DNA from: Antedon mediterranea
Taxonomy: Eukaryota > Animalia > Echinodermata
DNA: 64,000 bases
Assembly (NCBI RefSeq): GCF_964355755.1
Contig: NC_092672.1
Location: forward strand, 5,270,001 to 5,334,000
Direction: 5' to 3'
In this document: positions 27,501 to 39,500 of the stretch, piece after piece
Position numbering within the stretch: position 1 is the stretch's first letter
Layout of the letters: the number at the start of each line of letters is the position of its first letter
Position numbers and translations under genes: made by a program
The notes under the pieces: generated by a model
What the model was told of the DNA's origin: nothing
Databases searched by the model: none
Seen by the model: only the letters and a program-made list of their open reading frames with translations

Positions 27501-30500
27501 GATACAGGTATTATTTCTATAACCCTTTTTCTATATTTGTAGAGCAATGTCATGAATATGATTTAATGTGTGACGATGGTAGATGTTTATCAGCCAGCTG
27601 GGTTTGTGACTTGGTTCCAGATTGCTTAGATGGTACAGATGAAGCAATGTGTGAACAAGAGTTGACCAAAGTGTTTGCAGGTCAATGGCAGCTAATACAA
27701 ATAGATCAAACTAGAGTGTCATTCAGTGAAGACTTGTATGATCCAGATTCACAACTGTTTTATGAATATTCAACAAAAGTGATAGATGCAGTAAGTTGTT
27801 ATACCAATTAAAGTCCCATTCCCTACGTTTTTTAAATCTAATTTAAGGTCATAAACTAAATTTAATGTAAAAATAAATACTATATGGTCCTATTGATTTT
27901 TTCATCTTTAAATGGTTAAAAATGTGAAAAATAAGTAGATTTTAATAATTTGAGCGGCCCGCTATAAATCCCAACATTGCGCATGGATTGATACTGCTTG
28001 CTTGGTGTTATTGAATAACACTCTATAAAGTAATATATGCAGTAACTATTGGTGTTATACCATAAAGCTCATCTACACTTAGTTTTGTGACATCATGTCA
28101 AGTTACAAGTGTTATTGATTACTTTGGTATGCAGCAGCCATACTCTGTAGAATAGTTAAGTAACAAGCCTGATGAAAGAACAACCAAAAAAGCAAAGGGT
28201 GGTTCACATTGAAACAATACAAGGTGTTCACTTTGTGCATGCAAATTGCCCACTTCTGTATGAAAGAAACATGCATAATTCCATTTGTTGTAACATCTTT
28301 TTCTTTTCTAGCTACAAGAAACTCTTGCTCTACATTATCAAGTTGAAGATATGTACGTTACCAATTTCTACCAATACCTACAAGAAGATATTGTTTTTGA
28401 GTTTCAAATGGAACTGAATAATGCAAAAAATGTGACAGAGTTTGATATTACTGAAACGATATTACACTCAGTAGAAGTTGAGCCAGAAACAGGTTTCTCT
28501 ATTTTAACATCAGGTTCAGGAAGTGTTTCGTTTAACTCATCAATTAACATTATTGAAATAAATAGTGGCTCTTATGAAGGTACTGATATACCATGGGAAG
28601 GAAGCGAATCACAACCAGAAGGTACTGATGTAACATGGGAAGGAAGCGAATCACAACCAGAAGGTACTGATGTACCATGGAAAGGAAGTGAATCACAACC
28701 AGAAGGTACTGATGTACCATGGGAAGGAAGTGAATCACAACCAGAAGGTACTGATGTACCATGGGAAGGAAGCGAATCACAACCAGAAGCTACTGATGTA
28801 CCATGGGAAGGAAGTGAATCACAACCAGAAGGTACTAATGTACCATGGGAAGGAAGTGAATCACAGCCAGAAGGTACTGATGTACCATGGAAAGGAAGTG
28901 AATCACAACCAGAAGGTACTGATGTACCATGGGAAGGAAGCGAATCACAGCCAAAAGGTACTGATGTACCATGGGAAGGAAGTGAATCACAACCAGAAGG
29001 TACTGATGTACCATGGGAAGGAAGCGAATCAGAGCCAGAAGGTACTGATATACCATGGGAAGGAAGTGAATCAGAGCCAGAAGGTACTGATGTACCATGG
29101 GAAGGAAGTGAATCACAACCAGAAGGTACTGATGTACCATGGGAAGGAAGTGAATCACAACCAGAAGGAACTGATGTACCATGGGAAGGAAGTGAATCAC
29201 AGCCAGAAGGTACTGATGTACCATGGGAAGGAAGTGAAGCACAGCCAGAAGGTACTGATGTACCATGGCACGGAAGTGAATCACAGCCAGAAGGTACTGA
29301 TGTACCATGGGAAGGAAGTGAATCACAGCCAGAAGGTACTGATGTACCATGGGAAGGAAGTGAATTACAGCCAGAAGGTACTGATGTACCATGGGAAGGA
29401 AGCGAATCACAGCCAGAAGGTACTGATGTACCATGGCACGGAAGCGAATCACAGCCAGAAGGTACTGATGTACCATGGGAAGGAAGTGAATCACAGCCAG
29501 AAGGTACTGATGTACCATGGGAAGGAAGTGAATCACAGCCAGAAGGTACTGATGTACCATGGGAAGGAAGCAAATCACAGCCAAAAGGTACTGATGTACC
29601 ATGGGAAGGAAGTGAATCACAACCAGAAAATACTAATGTACCATGGGAAGGAAGTGAATCACAGCCAGAAGGTACCGATGTACCATGGGAAAGAAGCGAA
29701 TCAGAGCCAGAAGGTACTGATGTACCATGGGAAGGAAGTGAATCGCATCCAGAAGGTACTGATGTACCATGGGAAGGAAGTGAATCACAGGCAGAAGGTA
29801 CTGATGTACCATGGGAAGGAAGTAAATCTCAGCCAGGAGGTACTGATGTACCATGGGAAGGAAGCGAATCAAAACCAGAAGTTACTGATGTACCATGGGA
29901 AGGAAGTGAATCACAACCAGAAGGTACTGATGTACCATGGGAAGGAAGTGAATCACAGCCAGAAGGTACTGAAGTACCATGGGAAGGAAGTGAATCAGAG
30001 CTACCAAGTACTGATGTACCAGAGGAAGAAAGTGAATCAGAGCTACCAATTACTGATGGGCCAGAGGAAGAAAATGACTCAGAGCTACCAATTACTGATG
30101 TTCCAGAGGAAGGAAGTGATTCAGAGCTACGCATTACTGATGTGCCAGAGGAAGAAAGTGATTCAGAGCTACCAATTACTGATGTGCCAGAGGAAGGAAG
30201 TGATTCAGAGCTACCAATTACTGATAGGCAAGAGGAAGGAAGTGATTCAAAGCTACCCATTACTGATGTGCCAGAGGAAGGAAGTAATTCAGAGCTACCA
30301 ATTACTGATGTGCCAGAGGAAGGAAGTGATTCAGAGCTACCAATTACTGATAGGCAAGAGGAAGGAAGTGATTCAGAGCTACCCATTACTGATGTGCCAG
30401 AGGAAGTAAGTGATTCAGAGCTACCCATTACTGATGTGCCAGAGGAAGGAAGTGATTCAGAGCTACCAATTACTGATAGGCAAGAGGAAGGAAGTGATTC

Positions 30501-33500
30501 AGAGCTACCAATTACTGATGTACCAGAGGAAGAAGGTCAATCAGACATTGTACCAGAAGAAGAAGGTCAATCAGACATTATACCAATTACTGATGTACCA
30601 GAGGAAGAAGGTCAATCAGACATTATACCAAGTACTGATGTACTAGAGGAAGAAGGTCAATCAGACATTATACCAAGTACTCATGTACCAGAGGAAGAAG
30701 GTCAATCAGACATTATACCAAGTACTGATGTACTAGAGGAAGAAGGTCAATCAGACATTATACCAAGTACTCATGTACCAGAGGAAGAAGGTCAATCAGA
30801 CATTATACTAAGTACTCATGTACCAGAGGAAGAAGGTCAATCAGACATTATACCAAGTACTCATGTACCAGAGGAAGAAGGTCAATCAGACATTATACCA
30901 AGTACTCATGTACCAGAGGAAGAAGGTCAGTCAGACATTATACCAAGTACTCATGTACCAGAGGAAGAAGGTCAATCAGACATTATACCAAGTACTCATG
31001 TACCAGAGGAAGAAGGTCAATCAGACATTATACCAAGTACTCATGTACCAGAGGAAGAAGGTCAATCAGACGTTATACCAAGTACTCATGTACCAGAGGA
31101 AGAAGGTCAATCAGACATTATACCAAGTACTCATTTACCAGAGGAAGAAGGTCAATCAGACATTATACCAAGTACTCATGTACCAGAGGAAGAAGGTCAA
31201 TCAGACATTATACCAAGTACTCATGTACCAGAGGAAGAAGGTCAATCAGACATTATACCAAGTACTCATGTACCAGAGGAAGAAGGTCAATCAGACATTA
31301 TACCAAGTACTCATGTACCAGAGGAAGAAGGTCAATCAGACATTATACCAAGTACTCATGTACCAGAGGAAGAAGGTCAATCAGACATTATACCAAGTGC
31401 TCATGTACCAGAGGAAGAAGGTCAATCAGACATTATACCAAGTACTCATGTACCAGAGGAAGAAGGTCAATCAGACATTATACCAAGTACTCATGTACCA
31501 GAGGAAGAAGGTCAATCAGACATTATACCAAGTACTAATGTACCAGAGGAAGAAGGTCAATCAGACATTATACCAAGTACTCATGTACCAGAGGAAGAAG
31601 GTCAATCAGACATTATACCAAGTACTCATGTACCAGAGGAAGAAGGTCAATCAGACATTATACCAAGTACTCATGTACCAGAGGAGGAAGGTCAATCAGA
31701 CATTGTACCAAGTACTCATGCACCAGAGGAAGAAGGTCAATCAGACATTATACCAAGTACTCATGTACCAGAGGAAGAAGGTCAATCAGACATTATACCA
31801 AGTACTCATGTACCAGAGGAAGAAGGTCAATCAGACATTATACCAAGTACTCATGTACCAGAGGAGGAAGGTCAATCAGACATTGTACCAAGTACTCATA
31901 TACCAGAGGAAGAAGGTCAATCAGACATTATACCAAGTACTCATGTACCAGAGGAAGAAGGTCAATCAGACATTATACCAAGTACTCATGTGCCAGAGGA
32001 GGAAGGTCAATCAGACATTGTACCAAGTACTCATATACCAGAGGAAGAAGGTCAATCAGACATTATACCAAGTACTCATGTACCAGAGGAAGAAGGTCAA
32101 TCAGACATTATACCAAGTACTCATGTACCAGAGGAAGAAGGTCAATCAGACATTATACCAAGTACTCATGTACCAGAGGGGGAAAGTGAATTAGTTCTAC
32201 CAAGTGAAGCAGAAGAAGGTGGATCACAACGGCGTAAGAAACGCCAGACAAATGAAGGTCTGCAACCATTTAATCAATTTTTCCTTCAAGTTTTGTAGAA
32301 TTAATACTCAATTCATAGCTATTAACCTAACTTTTTTTGTCAATGTAAATTTATAGTATTTTTATCATTTTGATATGTGGATCTGCATTATGAACCATAA
32401 GTCTAAGATTTTTTTACGGTATTCCAATTTAATTTGTTATGGCAGCTGGTGACTGTGGTGAAGGACTGTTTTCTTGTTTTGTTGGATCACAGTGTATTCC
32501 ACAAGACTTTCAATGTGATGGCACACTCGATTGTCAAGATGGTAGTGATGAGGAGGACTGTGGTAAGTATAGGCATGAGAACTGAGATCTAGTTATTCAA
32601 TTAATAACCACCTCATGAGGAATTAGTTGAAATCAAATTAGACCGGCTCTCCAACTCAAAGCATTGATGTTCATTACAAATACAAGATAATTGTAATTAT
32701 ACATTCCATGTATATCATAACTATTAGCAGAACTTATTATGTTACCAACAAAATATCCATTTAAAGATCTATTGTCCCCTAAAAATAAAGGTCAATAAAA
32801 TCCGACTTTGAATAGGCCATTTTGCAGTTTTAATAAAGTAATATTCACGTCTGTAGAAAAAAATCAACAAAAATAATTATTTCACTTATAAAATGACAAA
32901 ACAAATGAATTAAACAAATAATTTAAACCAAAAATCATCATCTGACAGACAATTTAGGTATTAATGTTTTGCTTTAGATTACATTTTTTCAGAGAATTTT
33001 TTTTTTTTTATCCATTTTTTTGTCAAATTGGCTAACTAGTATGTAACATTAAAATGGCATATTAAAAAAAAAAATTTTAATTTAACTGCCATTTTATGAT
33101 TTCATTGCTTTCATTTTTTTTAGACTGTGATGGTTTTGTTTGCGAGTCAGATAACACCTGTATTTATTCTGGACAAGTTTGTAATTATGAAGAAGACTGT
33201 GCTGACGGAAGTGATGAGTCAGAAGAAGTCTGTGGTGGTAAATATAAATAGATACATTTTTTGTTTGTACTTTATTGATTTATTTGTAGTGGTGATGATG
33301 GAATTTTGATGATGACAACAACAATGATGATGATGATGATGATAACAGAGGAAATATCGGAACCACCATCTTGTGTTGTGTATAACCAACAGCCCCTACC
33401 CAATAAGACCATAAAAAAAGGAATACAAAAAGAAAATCTCCTGATATTCTATTTCATCTGCCTCTTCAGCTAAAATGTAATTTTCTTAATTTTTAGATAA

Positions 33501-36500
33501 ACAAAAAATGTGTACACATTTTTGCTACTACTAGGCTCAAGATAGAGCTTTTTTTAGACTTTGGCATGCCTGACATACCCATGTTTACTATAAATATTTA
33601 GATTTTGATTAGCTTCCTCTATGGTTTAATATATTTTTCAAAATGTTGTAGCGCTATTTTAGTTTCGACATGCTTTCATAAAACCTTCTAATATTTTTAA
33701 TTTTTCCAAATTATGATGTCTGCATATATGTAAGTAATTTTATTTTTAGTTATCGATGAGTGCACAGAGGGGAATGGATTGTTTGAGTGTATAACCGTGC
33801 CAGGTTGTATACAAGCCAATTGGGTCTGTGATGGTGAAGGGGACTGTGACGATAACTCAGATGAGGTTTTTTGCAGTAAGTGATCAATAAATTTAGTTTA
33901 ATTGAACACATGTATTTTGTGGAATGATACTAGGATTTTGGCTTCATTTTGATAGTGAGTTTAAAAAGGATTTTATTGATTTCCACTTCTTTACTGTAAG
34001 GAGTTGGGTAGCCGAGTGGTTAGATTTCGTCACTGTCATACAAAGAGACCCGGGTTCAAATCCCAGTCTACTCAGCTGTATATGAGTACCTGGTTGAAAA
34101 TACTAGGAAGGATAAGGCGGCGTGAAAAGGAACTGGCCACCATACCACATTATGTCGGGGCTTAGTACAATGAGCTTCTAACAGCTTATTATGTTCATAA
34201 ATGAATACCAAACTTACCTTATCTTTACTGTAATTAAGTATTAACAATACTTAACGCCAAGAATAACACTAGTGAACACTTTATGGGAGTTTTACTGTGT
34301 AAATACTAATAATGTAATTGAGTTGATTTAAATAAAACATATTTTAATATAAGGAAAACAATTTCTATTTTTCTTAAATAGGTTGTGAAGGATTCCAATG
34401 CATAGATTACAGTCTTTGCTTACATGATGTAAGTCTAGTTTGTGATGATGAACCTGACTGTGCTGATGGCTCTGATGAAGAATACTGCAATGGTAATTAT
34501 ACTTTTATATTACGGACGACCTATGACCTATATATTATATGTGTCACTGGTCTTCACCTGGAACTGAAATAAAAAATGACATAACTTGTTTAATATAGGT
34601 GATCCATCCAGCAATTGCTAATCCATCCAGCAATTGCTGATCCATCCAGCAATTGCTGATCATTAGGGACCTTCAGAGGTTCACAAGACAAACATAGACA
34701 CAAAATGCTGTACATAAACAAAGTCTTATTACAAGTCTTTGGGAGGGGAAGTTGTAATTCAAACAATAAAAAATCCTGACATGTGACAGGACTTGAACCC
34801 AGGACCCTTTGAGTGGCAGCCAACCATCATAACCACCAAGCCACAACCCCACTCTTTTATTGATGTTTCATCATAAATCAGGAGAAAAACAATACCTGCT
34901 TTTGACATGTATTATTATTATCAAACAGATACTGTATTTCAGTTTATTTAACTAATTTATCTAAAAACTTAGATCATGAAGGAAATATACATTTCCTCCA
35001 TGCTTAAATAGATATAAATCCAGATAAAACTTTATTACAATATAAAACTTATATGCCTATAGTATAGTATAATCTAAAAAAGAAAAGAGTAGCATCTTTT
35101 CTGTTTCAGGCATACATTTAACACCACAATGCATGTGTCTGTATTATATTTCAATTAATTTTCACCTCCAGCTGAATATTACGCTTGTTATAGCAACCCA
35201 TGTGATCCAATCAGGTCGGTGTGCCTATCTGACATTGGTCTCAATTTGAACTACACGTGCCAATGTGTTGATCCGTGGCTGGGAGAAGGCTGTTTAGGTA
35301 GGTGTATAAAACATTTTATATAGCTTTACAGCTGTCAATTCAGAGGAAAGAAAGGGATTAAAATATGGTGAAAAAGGCTAAAAACGTCTCAAGCCTCCAG
35401 CGTTGGAGGGCCACTTGGCACATCCTTCTATGGGCCTCAGGCCTCTGCATTACACCAATGTGTCAATTTTATGTATGTAAGATATCAAACCAGTGAAACT
35501 GTAATGTGTATATAAATTTCTTTCATTTACATTCAGATTGCAGCGGATTCGTATGTGAAAGCGGTGACGAATGTGTTTTGTACGATCACTGGGTTTGTGA
35601 CGGTATTCCAGATTGTACCGATGCATCTGATGAGGTTAATTGTTCAGGTTAGCTCTTCACAAGTTTTCACTTTTTGGGTTTCGCCGCTCTTATTTATAAC
35701 TTTGTAAAGAAAATATAAATAAATGTTCTGTTCTGTTCATACCATCCAAAACAACATTAAAATATTAGTTTGATGATGCATTGTTCGATTTAGTATAATG
35801 TTTTATTCAATAAAAGTTTCATGTTGCGTCTTTAGAAAGTTGTCATCACAAATGCGAAAGTACTAATGAATGCATTGCCGAGTTTTTAATTTGTAACAAC
35901 TTTCCTGACTGTGAGGATGGCACTGATGAGATTGGTTGCGGTGATCCTTCTACAAGTAAGTAATGGTGAAGACTGACTGAGTAACTGGCAGACATGGCTG
36001 ACTGAGGCTGCTTGACTGACTGACTAACTAACTAACTGGCTGACTAACTGGCTGTCTGAGGCTGCTTGACTGACTGACTGGCTGAAAGAGGTAGCTTGAC
36101 TGATTCAGTAACTGGATTACTGACTGAGTAACTGATTGACTGAGGTTTCTTGACTGAGTAACTGGCTTTAATGTGGCTGCTTGACCAATTGATTCACTGA
36201 CCAACTGCTTAACTAACCTGACTGACTAAAGTTTCTTTAAGTTTGCTTGACTGGTTGAGTAAAGACTTTTAACATAGTAATTGGCTACTGAGGTTGCTTC
36301 TAACCCAGTAACTTTCTGTGAAATTACAATTTACTGTATTTTATTTTTTTTTACTTTTCACAACTAGTTTGTCAATCTGGTGAAATACGTTGTAAACCAG
36401 AAGACAGCGTGTGTATTTCAATGTCATCTGTCTGCTCATGCTCAGTTGATTCTGAATCCTACAAGTTGTTTTGTCCTCTGGCTGGTGTCAACGGCTCACT

Positions 36501-39500
36501 CTGTAAATATAATAAACTAATTTAAAACATATAGTAATATTGTACAATTAAGATATTTTATAAGATATACTGCTGGACAAAAGACACAGCAGCAATGTGA
36601 TTGACAAGACATGGCATGTATTATTTGAAGACCTTAATTACAGTTTTTGTACCATGCAAAATTTCCTTTATGTCTACCATTTCTGTTCATCTTGTGTGTG
36701 TAAAAGCTCTTCAAGGCCTTACCTGTTTTGGGAGTTTTTAGACTACTTTGTAAAGACAATTTATAAATGTTTTCATGATTGATTTTTCTATTGAACTTTC
36801 TAGATTCTTGTCCAAATGACTATGTTGCGTGTCCATCTGGTGGATGTATCCACAAATACCATATGTGTGATACAGCCTATGATTGTTTTGATCAGAGTGA
36901 TGAAGATGATTGTTATGGAGTTGGTAAGTACAATGTATATGGGGGAGTAATAACCTGCGACTTGCTGCACCTGTGCTACTGTGGTGCATTTGCGCACAGG
37001 TGTGAACAACACAGCTTTCTCCTTTCCTTAGAGTCCCTTGGTGTAGTACAGCTGCCACTAAATGACACTCATTCATCTGTCTAAAACGACAGGAGTACAC
37101 TGGTAACGCCCTACTGTTTTGAAAAATGAACTGGGTTCTTTAAAGTGCACACGTGCAAGATGTGTACACTGAACCTCCAGTTTTAAGTACTTTCAGGAAG
37201 ACTTGTTCTACTAACAGAACAATGGCCAATCGGTGACTTAACCTTTGCTGATTGTGTATAGCTATGGTTTGCAGCGCCCCTGCCTTAACCACTAAACCAC
37301 TCGCCTGTTGTTGTTACCATTTGTACTCCTACATATATATACTATACTATATTGCCAATAATATATTCTATTTATTTCTTCCCTTAATCTAATATGTGAT
37401 GCCACTGGCGACGTGGTTCCCACAAGGACGTAACGCAACGCAAGTGAATTGACCAATCACAAGCGATGGCTTATTCGCTTGTGATTGCTAACTGTCTATA
37501 ACTCCGCTTGTCATTGATTAAAACGCTTGCGTTGCGTTTACGTCCTTGCGTTACGTTCTAGTGGGAACCAAGCTTTAAGCAATTATTTGTTAATCATAAT
37601 AATACAATACAAATTTTGTTTAAGGTGGAAGCATTGTCAACCCTTTTACACCTGGATGGATGGATCCGTATCAACACATTACTACAGAAAGTTCAATCTA
37701 TGAGAGTTTTGTCAATGATTTCTATACAGATCTAAAATTTGATAGAGTAAAAGGGTTTGATCCACCGGATTGGAACGGGTTCTTTGCTTATAGTTCAACT
37801 GCCGATTACAGTGATGCAGAGGATGTATTGAAGCTAACCAAGGAAGAGATATCTCTGCTTGGCCACCAAATCGATGACTTTATTTTACAGTGCACTTATG
37901 ATAAAGTTGATTGTAGCAGAGATGCGTAAGTAGATATAAATGGCATCTGTGATGTAATGACTATGAGCGCTCACTGGCTAAACCCATGTGGCCCAGAGCT
38001 TAAGGGGCCCCCAAAGCATGAGCAGTCCAATGAAACTACCCATCGTTGGAGGGCCCCCTTAGGAGTACACAACCTTACAACACTGAATGTCATTTTTTAT
38101 TGCATGCTATCATCTTTTAAACCATAATACTAATGGCATTTGTAGATGAAGATGCTGATTTTTTTGTGAATCATGTTTCTTTACTGTTTTTTATAAAGGG
38201 ACTTACAACTACAGCACCATTAGAAATTGTTATTATTTTGCTTTTAAGATTTTACGAAACACAGGATGACAAATATGGAAATTGCTTTACATTTAATGAT
38301 CCAAGACAGTACAATGAAACATTTTCTTCCACAAGAACTGGAGCTAGTAACGGTAAGAATTATAATGACAGTCGCTTAAATTGTACCATCATTGGTCTTT
38401 GATCACATGTGCATAAATGCACAATAAAAACCTTAGCACACTATATTAATAATAGGAAGGTACTAATGTTCAAATAGACGTGTTCTGTGACTACACAGCT
38501 GTCGAGTCAAAAAGTCACTCTTAGAAACATCTTCATTTTTGTTAGGATTAATTGGGTTGGGTCCTGAATCTATTCATCTTCATATGTTCCCTCCTTTGTT
38601 TTTTTCAGATGTTTTATCATGTTTTTATGTATCAACGACCTCTTTTCATATTATGTATGATATATAAATAAACACACACAAACAAACTGAACATTCACAG
38701 CAGAATGACTATTAGACAGCCATGACAGAATAATTGTACATATTATCTTAATTTGTTACTTTTATTAAAACAATAAATTATGTGTTGTAGGATTGAAGCT
38801 AACTTTGAATATTGAGCAGTCGGAGTACATAAGTTTATTTGGAAAAGATGCAGGAGTTCGAGTAGCAATCAACCCGACATCTAAACCTGAGTATCCGTAT
38901 GAAGATGGCATAACTGTACGACCTGGTGTCATTACGTCAATAGGTCTACGTTACGTAAGTAATTCAGTTAGAATATGGTACTTATAGCTGGTATTAAAAT
39001 ATATTTATTCTGTATAAGTAAATTCTATGTTTAAATTCAATTGTTAAAGTATTGGTTTTATTCTTGTGATTTTTTACCTAATCTTAAGCCTCTGTCTACA
39101 CTATCAAACTAGTTTGCAAAAAAAAGTGTGATGTACCCGAATATGGGAGGGATATGATGTCATCATGTCCATATATGGGCACATCACATTTTTATTGTCA
39201 TAAACTTTTAGCTTAATTTGTCCTTCTTACTTTATATTAGAATTATATTTCAAGACTCTGGACAAAAACTGGCAGTTGTACCACTGGACTTGATGAAATT
39301 GCCGAACTTAAAGAAAACAATGATCCCTTCTTTGAGGGCTATGATACGTACGATGAACGGGTAAAGAATTGTCATTGTTATTATTATTATTAATCAGAGA
39401 ACTCATTAAGAAAAAACAGTAATACGAAAAAAAGTTTTTATGAAGCTCTCAACAAAATAGAAGGTTCTATAAGGATGGACATTCAGATAAAACAAAAACA

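Noticed and set aside
28550-32194. Long alternative-frame and antisense ORFs (579, 458, 333, 261 aa etc.) as overlapping genes
   Set aside because: They are by-products of 42/45-nt tandem units lacking stops in other frames. Only the acidic frame splices into gene A.
34000-34075. tRNA gene (also tRNA-like heads at about 18600, 21436, 23605 and 40103)
   Set aside because: A/B boxes are present, but I see no good cloverleaf and they continue into SINE bodies; one has a TSD.
16524-36923. Separate LRP/LDLR or enteropeptidase-like gene nested between two channel fragments
   Set aside because: No signal peptide, own start/stop, YWTD propeller or protease domain. The phases join to channel exons on both sides, and gene B shows the same arrangement.
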